Source: PVC group bacterium
GTDB taxonomy: Bacteria > GCA-001730085 > JADFSZ01
Direction: 5' to 3'
Length of the DNA stretch: 13,013 bases
Assembly: GCA_022560555.1 (NCBI GenBank)
Contig: JADFSZ010000028.1
Span: 1-13,013 of the forward strand
Part shown: in pieces, positions 1 through 7,272 of the stretch
Layout: the number at the start of each line of letters is the position of its first letter
How positions within the stretch are numbered: the first letter of the stretch is position 1
Made by a program: the position numbers and the translations under genes
The notes under the pieces: generated by a model
Told to the model about the DNA's origin: nothing
Databases searched by the model: none
The model's input: the letters and a program-made list of their open reading frames with translations, nothing else

Positions 1-39
1 TAGAGTATCCTCAAGGAGAGCCGGGGAGGGATAAGGGCC

Positions 40-537
40 GTGAAAAAGCCAAAGAAAAAGATAAAGAGGAAAATAAGAAACGGGAGACGGAAGTATATCT
101 CGAAGATACAGGTTATCAACCAGCAAAACAGAATTCGCATTCCTAAAGCGAAAATACGGGATATGACAGAATTTGCCTGTTCTTACGAAGGGATGAGGGG
201 CGCGTCACTTACGATTCTGCTGGTTGATGATAGGGCCATGCGTGCCTATCATAAAATGTATTTTGGAAAGAGCTGTTCAACGGATGTGATTTCATTCCCA
301 TTCCTAGAGATGGTGAGAGAAACAGGATACTATTTGGGGGACATTGTGGTTTCGGCCCAAAGGGCCAAGGCTGTAAGTAAACGCATAAAACGAACGACAC
401 AAAGTGAATTGATTTTGTATGTTCTCCATGGCTTGCTCCATCTTTTGGGATATCAAGACGGAACTTCCGAGAAGAGAGCTGTTATGTTCCGAAAACAAAA
501 TCAATTATTAGAAAAATGGCGCGATGTGCGTTCCTGA
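40..537 (+). CDS. ybeY: YbeY-type rRNA maturation endoribonuclease (UPF0054 family)
   Basis: 165-codon ORF from GTG40. An in-frame TAG at 1-3 excludes an earlier start. Motifs STDVISFPF and HGLLHLLGYQD match the YbeY signature (canonical H-G-x-L-H-L-x-G-Y-D-H). Size is typical apart from a polybasic N-terminal extension. recO follows 9 nt downstream. Confidence 0.85.
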   Translation: MKKPKKKIKRKIRNGRRKYISKIQVINQQNRIRIPKAKIRDMTEFACSYEGMRGASLTILLVDDRAMRAYHKMYFGKSCSTDVISFPFLEMVRETGYYLGDIVVSAQRAKAVSKRIKRTTQSELILYVLHGLLHLLGYQDGTSEKRAVMFRKQNQLLEKWRDVRS

Positions 538-546
538 AACATTTCT

Positions 547-1266
547 ATGAAAATACTCAAAGATAAGGCTATTGTCATTCGAAAAAGAAAATTTCAGGAT
601 TCTCATGAAATCATTATTTTCTTTACGCGAAATAACGGCAAAATGAGTGTCATGGCAAAAGGATTGCGCAAAGAGAAAAAACCAATATGCTTTGACGGAT
701 ATATGGATGTTTTTTCAAAAATGAATATTCATACATATCATCGAAATAACGGATCTCTCGGGAATCTCATTGATTGTGATTTGGCAGATGCCTATCTTGG
801 CATTCGCAGCGAATACAGTCGTCTTCTCGTTGCGTGGGTTATTATTGAGGTGCTCGAGAAAGGCTTTCCTGATGGTCTCGAGAGTCCGGAGGCCTTTGAT
901 ATGGGCGTGTGGGCTTTAGAAGCTATCGATCAGGGAATGACGGAACATCTCCTTTGCCGTTTTTTGATAAAAATTTTAGAGCTTTTGGGGCAAGGTCCGA
1001 AAGAGAGTGATCTTTTGGGCGGGATAAGCAAACCCGCAGAGGTAAGAGCTTTTATCCGGAAACTTAAAACACGCGTTCTCGAGCCTGGTGAGGATCGACA
1101 TATTTCATTCGCGGATGCGACTCAACTGCAGGATCATTTGGTTCTGAATTTTCAATCATACATTAACGGAGTCCTGAGGGCTTATCCTGTGCTCAGGAAA
1201 AATCACGCGTTAGGGATGTCACAAGCGGAGCCTCTGTCCCGTTCCCTTCTGGGGTATAACCGTTAA
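547..1266 (+). CDS. recO: DNA repair/recombination mediator RecO
   Basis: 239-aa ORF. The N-terminal pattern KAIVIRKRKFQDSHEIIIFFTRNNGKMSVMAKGLRK fits the RecO OB-fold consensus (aivLr..y.e.d.iv.lfT...Gk...vakGark). The central LCRFLIKILELLG resembles the RecO helical region. The usual length is ~240 aa. Confidence 0.78.
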   Translation: MKILKDKAIVIRKRKFQDSHEIIIFFTRNNGKMSVMAKGLRKEKKPICFDGYMDVFSKMNIHTYHRNNGSLGNLIDCDLADAYLGIRSEYSRLLVAWVIIEVLEKGFPDGLESPEAFDMGVWALEAIDQGMTEHLLCRFLIKILELLGQGPKESDLLGGISKPAEVRAFIRKLKTRVLEPGEDRHISFADATQLQDHLVLNFQSYINGVLRAYPVLRKNHALGMSQAEPLSRSLLGYNR

Positions 1267-1283
1267 ATGTGTAAAGGAGTAAT

Positions 1284-3353
1284 ATGGCGAAGGTAAGAAT
1301 TGAAAATCAGAATATTTATGTGGGAAAAGACCGGGTAAGTTTTTTTAGCGGTGAAGTTCATTATTGGCGTTTGGATCCTTCCTATTGGGAAAATGTTCTG
1401 GATCGGATCATAGAGATGAATATGTCCACGATCGCGACATATATTCCATGGGAATTTCATGAAATCGAAAAAGGTGATATTGATTTTTCCGGCCGTACGC
1501 ATCCGAGAAGAAATCTCATCGGTTTTCTTGAACTTGTTAAGCGAAAAAAATTATGGCTGATTATCCGCCCGGGCCCCTATATTTATAGCGAATGGGTGAA
1601 TTGCGGGGTTCCTGATCGCGTTGTGGAGTATCATAGGCTTCATCCCGAATTCCAATATGCAGCTCATGAATATATCCAAAGCGTTGTGGAAGTCCTTAAA
1701 CCTTATTTTGCGACAAACGACGGGAATATTTTTCTTTTGCAGGCTGATAATGAAATTGATCCGTGGGTTCATTGGTATGATTCTCAATTGGGTCTTGGGG
1801 ATGTGCCGGGACTTTTCCAGTCTTATTTGAAGGATTTGTATAAAGACATCGAGGTGTTGAATAGAAGATGGAGAACGAATTATACGGATTTTGATCAAGG
1901 ACGTGTGATTTGCGAAAACATCATTAACGAGAAAGGCTATCTCTGTTCTTATATAGACTACAAGAAATTTCTTCTGTGGTACTCATCCGAATGTGCTCGA
2001 TGGTTTATAGATCAATACCGTAAGGCGGGCGTGGATGTTCCCATTTATTTTAACTTTTATCCGTGGTTTGATACCCATCACTGGCAAGAATATCAGGAAA
2101 TAGGGGATTTAGTCGGCGTGGATCTCTATCCGGCTTCCTTGTTCGATGAAGATCCGTCCGATCACAGAAAGTTTTGCCAAAAAGTACTTTATCTAAACAC
2201 GTTTTCAACGATTCCTTATATCGCCGAATTTGAATGCGGCATATGGCACGGACACCATTACTTTTCCGGCAATCTTGGTCCGAGTCATTATCGTCTGATG
2301 TGTTTTTCTGCCTTGGCGAGCGGCGTAAAAGGATGGAACTGGTATATGCTTGTGAACAGGGATAACTGGTACCAGTCGCCCATTAACGAATGGGGGAGAA
2401 GAAGGCCGGAGCTTTACTCAACCTTTTGCGAAATTATGGATATTATCAATTGGATTCAGCCCTCGGAGCTTGAACGCATAACGGAATCTTCGGTGACGTT
2501 TGATTACATGCATCGTGTGGCGCGAACATTGGACGCGGATGATGGGGTCCTGAAAGCATTTTATGACGCGGATATTGATTTTGAGTTTTATGATACGATG
2601 ACGGGTAAGATTAAAAAACGGATATTATTTTACTCGGGGAATCAATGGTTGAGTCAAAAGGGCCAGGAAAACATACATAATTATATCGAATCAGGCGGAA
2701 TATTTGTGGTTTTTCAAGTCGCGCCGCGAAAGGATGACGATTTTAATAAGTTGAATATGATTCAAATTCGTGATCCGGATCGCGTGCTGCCTAGCAAGTA
2801 TGTGCAGGTCAATTTTGGCGCGAAACGGGTTATGATTTCGAGTCCGTTGTTTCATTTTCGGGATGTCCCGGGGGAGGCCCTTAAGGCGGTTCAAATCAAT
2901 GATCCCTTTGCAACCCAGGAAGAGGCAGCGCTTCATCGGCAGTTACCGGTGGGGCAGGAGTATACGTGCGGGTATGTTCAAAAAATCGGCAAAGGAAAAC
3001 TTATGGTGTTGGGTGTTGTGCCTAATTCAGATATAATTTTAGCTGTTCATGAGTATTTTGGGATACCCATCGGTGCTAGGTCTGAAACGCCGGATATCAA
3101 AGCGACGGCATTTCGCTTAAAGGAAAATCAAGATCAATTTATCATGATTATCGTTAACAACGGCCAGGAGGATAAACATGCCAAAATATCCCTCAATCGA
3201 GGCGTGTTTCGTGCGGCTCAATATTCCGTAGAAAATCTTTTGACCATGAAGAGCGAGGACATTCAACCGATTGAAGATCCTTCTATTACCGTTTTTTTAC
3301 ATAAAAAGGATGGGGTTGTCTTAAAAATTAATGCTATAGACCCGATGGGATGA
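1284..3353 (+). CDS. Glycoside hydrolase family 35-like beta-galactosidase
   Basis: 689-aa ORF with AAGGAG 5 nt upstream of ATG1284. The N-terminal block FFSGEVHYWRLDPSYWENVLDRIIEMNMSTIATYIPWEFHEIEKGDIDFSG...LWLIIRPGPYIYSEWVNCGVP parallels the GH35 consensus (GxIHYFR..WxDRL.K.KA.GLNT..TYV.WN.HEP..G.FDF.G...RPGPYICAEW..GG). A putative acid/base NE lies in LLQADNEID and a putative nucleophile E in YIAEFECGIWHG. Confidence 0.7.
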   Translation: MAKVRIENQNIYVGKDRVSFFSGEVHYWRLDPSYWENVLDRIIEMNMSTIATYIPWEFHEIEKGDIDFSGRTHPRRNLIGFLELVKRKKLWLIIRPGPYIYSEWVNCGVPDRVVEYHRLHPEFQYAAHEYIQSVVEVLKPYFATNDGNIFLLQADNEIDPWVHWYDSQLGLGDVPGLFQSYLKDLYKDIEVLNRRWRTNYTDFDQGRVICENIINEKGYLCSYIDYKKFLLWYSSECARWFIDQYRKAGVDVPIYFNFYPWFDTHHWQEYQEIGDLVGVDLYPASLFDEDPSDHRKFCQKVLYLNTFSTIPYIAEFECGIWHGHHYFSGNLGPSHYRLMCFSALASGVKGWNWYMLVNRDNWYQSPINEWGRRRPELYSTFCEIMDIINWIQPSELERITESSVTFDYMHRVARTLDADDGVLKAFYDADIDFEFYDTMTGKIKKRILFYSGNQWLSQKGQENIHNYIESGGIFVVFQVAPRKDDDFNKLNMIQIRDPDRVLPSKYVQVNFGAKRVMISSPLFHFRDVPGEALKAVQINDPFATQEEAALHRQLPVGQEYTCGYVQKIGKGKLMVLGVVPNSDIILAVHEYFGIPIGARSETPDIKATAFRLKENQDQFIMIIVNNGQEDKHAKISLNRGVFRAAQYSVENLLTMKSEDIQPIEDPSITVFLHKKDGVVLKINAIDPMG

Positions 3354-4315
3354 AGATGACAAAAACCATAAGAAACCTGTGTGCGCTATTGATTTTTTCT
3401 TTCCTATCTCCGGCTTTATTGTCCGGGGATACGATCTATTTCAAAAACGGGGGCTTTGTAAAGGGCCGGATTATCAAAGAGTATCATGACCGCTATTTGG
3501 TAAGCACGAGTCATGGCGAGAAGGAATTCTTAAAAGTGATTGTTAAAAACGTTGGGTATGATAATCCGAAAGAACGTCTTATGAGTCAGGGTAAAAGTTA
3601 TGAGAAAAAGGGAAATTTTGAGGCGGCCCTTCGTTGTTATGAGGATGTTCTCAAAATGGATGAAGGGTATTCGGAGGCCCGGGATAAAATCATAGAGATC
3701 AAAAAGAAAACATTTCGAAAGCAAACGTCAAAAAGTCAAAGAATTGTAGCCAATAGGGGGCAGCTGGGGCGCTGGAATCCTGACACGACCAAAAAGGAGC
3801 AAAATCTTTTACGTCTTAAGGAAAGCCGTCTTAAAAAAACTGTGGGCATTGAGGTACAGGAACATGGCCCTACGCTTACGATTGCTCAAGTCATGACATA
3901 TTCACCGGCTTATGATGCGGGGCTTCAAGCCCGGGACACAATCGTTCGGATTGATGACAAGGACATTAAATACATGGAGTATAAGGATGTTTTGGAGCTC
4001 CTTAACGGGGCGAAGTATACGGAACTCAAGATAGATATCGAGCGGGAACTGAGCGCGCCTAAAGGAACGAATCATCACCCTTTAGAGTGCGTCTTAACTA
4101 TTGGCAAACAGGGCTTGAAAGTGGAGAGGTTGATTCAGGCGAAAGATTTTGAAGTTAAAAATACTATTTTAAAAGAAGGAGACGTGATTGTCAAAATTCA
4201 GGATACATTAACGCGGTACTTGCCGTTAAAAGACGCTATTCAAAATATTCTCAAAAGTAATCTGGATTACATTGATATAACCGTTAAAAGAACCTATACA
4301 GTGTGGAGGGAATAA
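3350..4315 (+). CDS. Secreted protein with a TPR-like segment and two PDZ-like domains
   Basis: The start codon overlaps the GH35 stop (ATGA at 3350-3353), suggesting translational coupling. Signal-peptide-like N-terminus MKMTKTIRNLCALLIFSFLSPALLSG. TPR-like stretch GKSYEKKGNFEAALRCYEDVLKMDEGYSEA. PDZ-like stretches GIEVQEHGPTLTIAQVMTYSPAYDAGLQARDTIVRIDDKDI and LKEGDVIVKIQD. Confidence 0.6.
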   Translation: MKMTKTIRNLCALLIFSFLSPALLSGDTIYFKNGGFVKGRIIKEYHDRYLVSTSHGEKEFLKVIVKNVGYDNPKERLMSQGKSYEKKGNFEAALRCYEDVLKMDEGYSEARDKIIEIKKKTFRKQTSKSQRIVANRGQLGRWNPDTTKKEQNLLRLKESRLKKTVGIEVQEHGPTLTIAQVMTYSPAYDAGLQARDTIVRIDDKDIKYMEYKDVLELLNGAKYTELKIDIERELSAPKGTNHHPLECVLTIGKQGLKVERLIQAKDFEVKNTILKEGDVIVKIQDTLTRYLPLKDAIQNILKSNLDYIDITVKRTYTVWRE

Positions 4316-4317
4316 AC

Positions 4318-4923
4318 ATGGTGCACGGAAAAAAGAAGCATCAAAGACGAACCAAATATTTTATCCACAAACGTTTCCAGCTGCAGTACCTTGGCTTGTT
4401 TCTTGTTTTATCCATTTTCATTATGGTAATGGCGTCAGCTACGGTCTATATCAGCACCTATGATGTTCTAAAGGAAAAGCTGGAAAGCGTGTATCCGCAA
4501 AGCGAATTACGGCCTATCATACGCCAAACCAATTGGGTTTTATTTCGGAATCTCATATTATTGATACCTGTGATTGCTGTCGGATCAGTGTATTTGTCTC
4601 ATAAGATTGCCGGGCCGCTCTATAGAATAGAGAAGAGCATTGAGCAGATCGCAAAGGGAAATTTGGACTTAAAAGTGCAATTAAGACAGGGGGATGAGTT
4701 TAAAGAGATAGCTCATGCCCTCAATCACATGACAGAAAAATTGAAAGGAATGAGGATGAGGGATTTGGCTGTGATTGAAGATATAAAAACGTCAACGCGC
4801 AAATTTTTAGCGTCTGTAGAAAATAGTAAAGACCCAACGGATCTCAAGCGGTTTAAAGATGTTTTTGAAAAAGAAGTTAAAGAACTGGAAGACATCATCT
4901 CAAAAAACTACGGCGAGGGTTAA
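4318..4923 (+). CDS. Small two-TM membrane protein with a HAMP domain and no recognisable output domain
   Basis: The ORF track starts at GTG4303. ATG4318 is preferred because GGAGGG at 4305-4310 sits 7 nt upstream and this start avoids overlap with the upstream gene. Two hydrophobic spans (LGLFLVLSIFIMVMASATVYI and LILLIPVIAVGSVYL) are followed by a HAMP-like IAGPLYRIEKSIEQIAKGNLDLKVQLRQGDEFKEIAHALNHMTEKLK. The C-terminal ~60 aa is charged, probably coiled coil. Confidence 0.6.
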   Translation: MVHGKKKHQRRTKYFIHKRFQLQYLGLFLVLSIFIMVMASATVYISTYDVLKEKLESVYPQSELRPIIRQTNWVLFRNLILLIPVIAVGSVYLSHKIAGPLYRIEKSIEQIAKGNLDLKVQLRQGDEFKEIAHALNHMTEKLKGMRMRDLAVIEDIKTSTRKFLASVENSKDPTDLKRFKDVFEKEVKELEDIISKNYGEG

Positions 4924-4926
4924 TGT

Positions 4927-6798
4927 ATGCAGGCGGTGAATTCACACATGAACCTTACGGAAATTTTGGATCAATCCGAAATGCTCAGGGACATCCGTTA
5001 TTTGGAGCGTGATCGGGAGTCCCGTCCGCTCACCGAAGAGGAGGTTTCCCAACTTCTATCCAATCAGAATCGATCGGATAGTTGGGAAAAAATACGGGTT
5101 ACGCAAGATTTTAATGCCCATCGTATTTATGCATGTGAGTTTATAGGGGATGTCTATTTGGGATGTTTCCGGGAGGGAATTTCCTATAAAAATACCCGTC
5201 TGAAAAGCGGTCTTGCCTATTCAACCATCCAGGATGCGGTTATTGAGGACAATGTTGTTGTCCGGAATGTCGAACATCTATCTTGTGTGTGTGTGGGAAC
5301 ATCGGCTCTTGTGATAGGAGCCGGTTTTATCGGATCAACAAAAAAAACATCTTTTGGGTCCGGTATTGAAATTGGTCTTGGGAATAAAACCATTCAGGAA
5401 AAGTTCATGCTTTGTGCGGAGCTGCCCTATGCAACGGCCCGACAGTGGATGGATGAAAAAACATACTCATTGGATTTCAGGAAAGAATACCGGGAATGTG
5501 TCCGGAAATATTCCGAACGTCTTCGCTGTTCACGCAGTTACATATGTCAAAATGCCAAAGTTCTTCATGTAGACACGTTAGAAAATGTTTTTATCGGGGC
5601 CTATGCATGTGTTGAAAATGGTTCTGTCATTCGTGAGAGCACCCTATTGAGTTGTGAGGACGAAGCTGTCATTATAGGACCTCATGTTCTTGTTGAGAAA
5701 TCCATTGTTCAGTGGGGATCGGTGATCACAAGCGCTTCTGATGTAGATCACTGTGCCGTTTTGGAGCATGCCAAGATAGAACACCACGCGCGTGTCACAC
5801 AGTCTCTCATAGCTCCTAACACGATAATCGAGCTTGGGGAAGTGAACACAAGTTACTTAGGGCCTTTTGTCGGTTTGCATCATCGTGCGCTTATGATCGC
5901 GACAACATGGCTTGACGGGAAAGGGAATGTGGCCCATGGCGCGAATGTGGGGAGTAATCATTCCGGCCGGGCTCCCGATCAGGAGTTGTGGGCCTCTGAA
6001 GGATTGTTTTTTGGTCTGGGGTGCAATATCAGGTTCCCGAGTCATTTCATGGAAGCTCCTTATCTCTTTATCGCGGCTGGTCTCGAGGTTCCTTCTCAAA
6101 AAGTCAGATATCCTTTTTCTTTGATGCGCCGGTGCCTGGGGAATATCGGGAGGAATGGGTGTGAAAATGAACTTTTGCCGGGCTGGGTTTTAAGTGAGAA
6201 TCTATATGGTCTGGAGAGAAACAGACAAAAGTGGGGCCAAAGAAATGAGGCGAAAAGATCGATGATGAATTCGGAGTTTTTACATCCCGGAATTGTGGAA
6301 GGTTTGTTAGGGGGGCTTAAGCGCTTAGAATCGATCAAAGAGGAAAAGGAATTTTATGAAAACACGGACATTGACGGACTGGGGAAGAATGTTCTTACGG
6401 AAATCCATCGCAAACAAGCTGTTGATACGTATACCTTTTTTACGAAATATTATTTTGTCTGGTCCTATGTATTGGAGCTGTTGCTATTGAAAGGGGGCGC
6501 AGGAACAAAGGGTGATATCTTTCAGGCTGAGCCCGTGAGCGATCACTGGAAATTTTCTCAGGGGTTTTTTGAAGGCGCCTTCAAAACAAAGGAGCATAAG
6601 GAAATTATCAAAATATGGGCATATTATCGATCACGTTATGAAAAAACGGTGACGCAGTCGCGGAACAAGGATTATTCCCGCGGAGAAAAACTAATGCCTC
6701 ACTTTCATGAACGGTTTGGTCCTCTCGAGGAGGATCCGATTGTAACCGTCATGAAGAAAGAGTCGAATGTGTGGGAGCAGATTTTAGAAAAAGGGTAA
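4927..6798 (+). CDS. DUF4954-like protein (predicted left-handed beta-helix / hexapeptide-repeat fold), function unknown
   Basis: 623-aa ORF starting 4 nt after the HAMP gene stop, with GAGGGT 7 nt upstream. The N-terminal region RPLTEEEVSQLLSNQNRSDSWEKIRVTQDFNAHRIYACEFIGDVYLG matches my recollection of the DUF4954 N-terminus. The centre has repeated short [LIV]-G/x-rich beta-helix-type turns. The length fits that family (~620-680 aa). The assignment is from memory and was not searched. Confidence 0.55.
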   Translation: MQAVNSHMNLTEILDQSEMLRDIRYLERDRESRPLTEEEVSQLLSNQNRSDSWEKIRVTQDFNAHRIYACEFIGDVYLGCFREGISYKNTRLKSGLAYSTIQDAVIEDNVVVRNVEHLSCVCVGTSALVIGAGFIGSTKKTSFGSGIEIGLGNKTIQEKFMLCAELPYATARQWMDEKTYSLDFRKEYRECVRKYSERLRCSRSYICQNAKVLHVDTLENVFIGAYACVENGSVIRESTLLSCEDEAVIIGPHVLVEKSIVQWGSVITSASDVDHCAVLEHAKIEHHARVTQSLIAPNTIIELGEVNTSYLGPFVGLHHRALMIATTWLDGKGNVAHGANVGSNHSGRAPDQELWASEGLFFGLGCNIRFPSHFMEAPYLFIAAGLEVPSQKVRYPFSLMRRCLGNIGRNGCENELLPGWVLSENLYGLERNRQKWGQRNEAKRSMMNSEFLHPGIVEGLLGGLKRLESIKEEKEFYENTDIDGLGKNVLTEIHRKQAVDTYTFFTKYYFVWSYVLELLLLKGGAGTKGDIFQAEPVSDHWKFSQGFFEGAFKTKEHKEIIKIWAYYRSRYEKTVTQSRNKDYSRGEKLMPHFHERFGPLEEDPIVTVMKKESNVWEQILEKG

Positions 6799-6858
6799 AA
6801 ATGAGTCAAGTCATTCATAGGGTGAAAGCATCCGAAATAATGAAGAGAGGAGCTGGAT

Positions 6859-7179
6859 ATGTCTGTTATTCATGTTGAGGGAAATAAATTTGATACGGAG
6901 GTCATTAAAACCGAAGGCCCTGTATTGGTGGACTTTTTTGCCGAATGGTGCGGCCCGTGTAAGGTGATTTCCCCCGTGCTTGAAGAGATCTCCGGAAGTT
7001 ATGAGGGGAGAATGAAATTTGTTAAAGTGGATATTGATAATGCCCAGGAGATTGCCGGAAAATTAGGGGTCATGAGTGTACCGACACTGATGATATTTAA
7101 AAACGGCGAAGTTGCCGCCGAAAAAGTCGGGGCCATCCCCAAAGATCAATTGGCTTCGTGGATTGACGAAAATATATAA
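6859..7179 (+). CDS. trxA: Thioredoxin
   Basis: 106 aa with GAGGAG upstream. It has the canonical active site WCGPCK and the downstream VPTLMIFKNGE motif. The size and layout are those of a classic TrxA. Confidence 0.92.
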   Translation: MSVIHVEGNKFDTEVIKTEGPVLVDFFAEWCGPCKVISPVLEEISGSYEGRMKFVKVDIDNAQEIAGKLGVMSVPTLMIFKNGEVAAEKVGAIPKDQLASWIDENI

Positions 7180-7190
7180 TTTGCATACCT

Positions 7191-7252
7191 AAAAGCACCG
7201 GGTTTTTCGGGAAATTTCTCAGTATGAATCGTTCCTTATCCGGTGCTTTTTT
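7191..7252 (+). terminator. Putative intrinsic terminator after trxA (long-loop hairpin plus T-tract)
   Basis: AAAAGCACCGG (7191-7201) is perfectly complementary to CCGGTGCTTTT (7240-7250), and the right arm runs into a six-T tract at 7247-7252. The ~38-nt loop is unusually long, so confidence is moderate. This is the only sizeable non-coding gap in the first 10 kb. Confidence 0.4.
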
Positions 7253-7272
7253 GTCTGCGGGAAGCTTATGTT

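Noticed and set aside
5284-5295. (TG)6 dinucleotide repeat inside the DUF4954-like CDS (encodes SCVCVG) and the nearby A8 run at 5340-5347, considered as possible phase-variation tracts
   Set aside because: The tracts are short. The reading frame is intact, and nothing else suggests a contingency locus.
6801-6878. 25-codon ORF (MSQVIHRVKASEIMKRGAGYVCYSC) between the DUF4954-like gene and trxA. It overlaps the trxA start, and its first residues resemble the MSVIH of TrxA.
   Set aside because: It is too short to support. It contains the trxA RBS, shows no motif, and the MS(Q)VIH resemblance is only 5 residues. I treat it as chance.
7243-7272. GTG7243 as the start of the TPR protein, and likewise GTG4303 for the HAMP protein
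   Set aside because: GTG7243 lies inside the right arm of the terminator hairpin, and the added residues (MLFCLREAYV) precede a perfectly good signal peptide starting at ATG7273. GTG4303 overlaps the upstream gene and contains the GGAGGG RBS that serves ATG4318.
7181-7272. Promoter for the downstream TPR gene (TTGCAT at 7181-7186; TATGAAT around 7222-7228)
   Set aside because: The -35-like and -10-like hexamers are not at a compatible 16-18 bp spacing from each other. I cannot support a promoter call from sequence alone.
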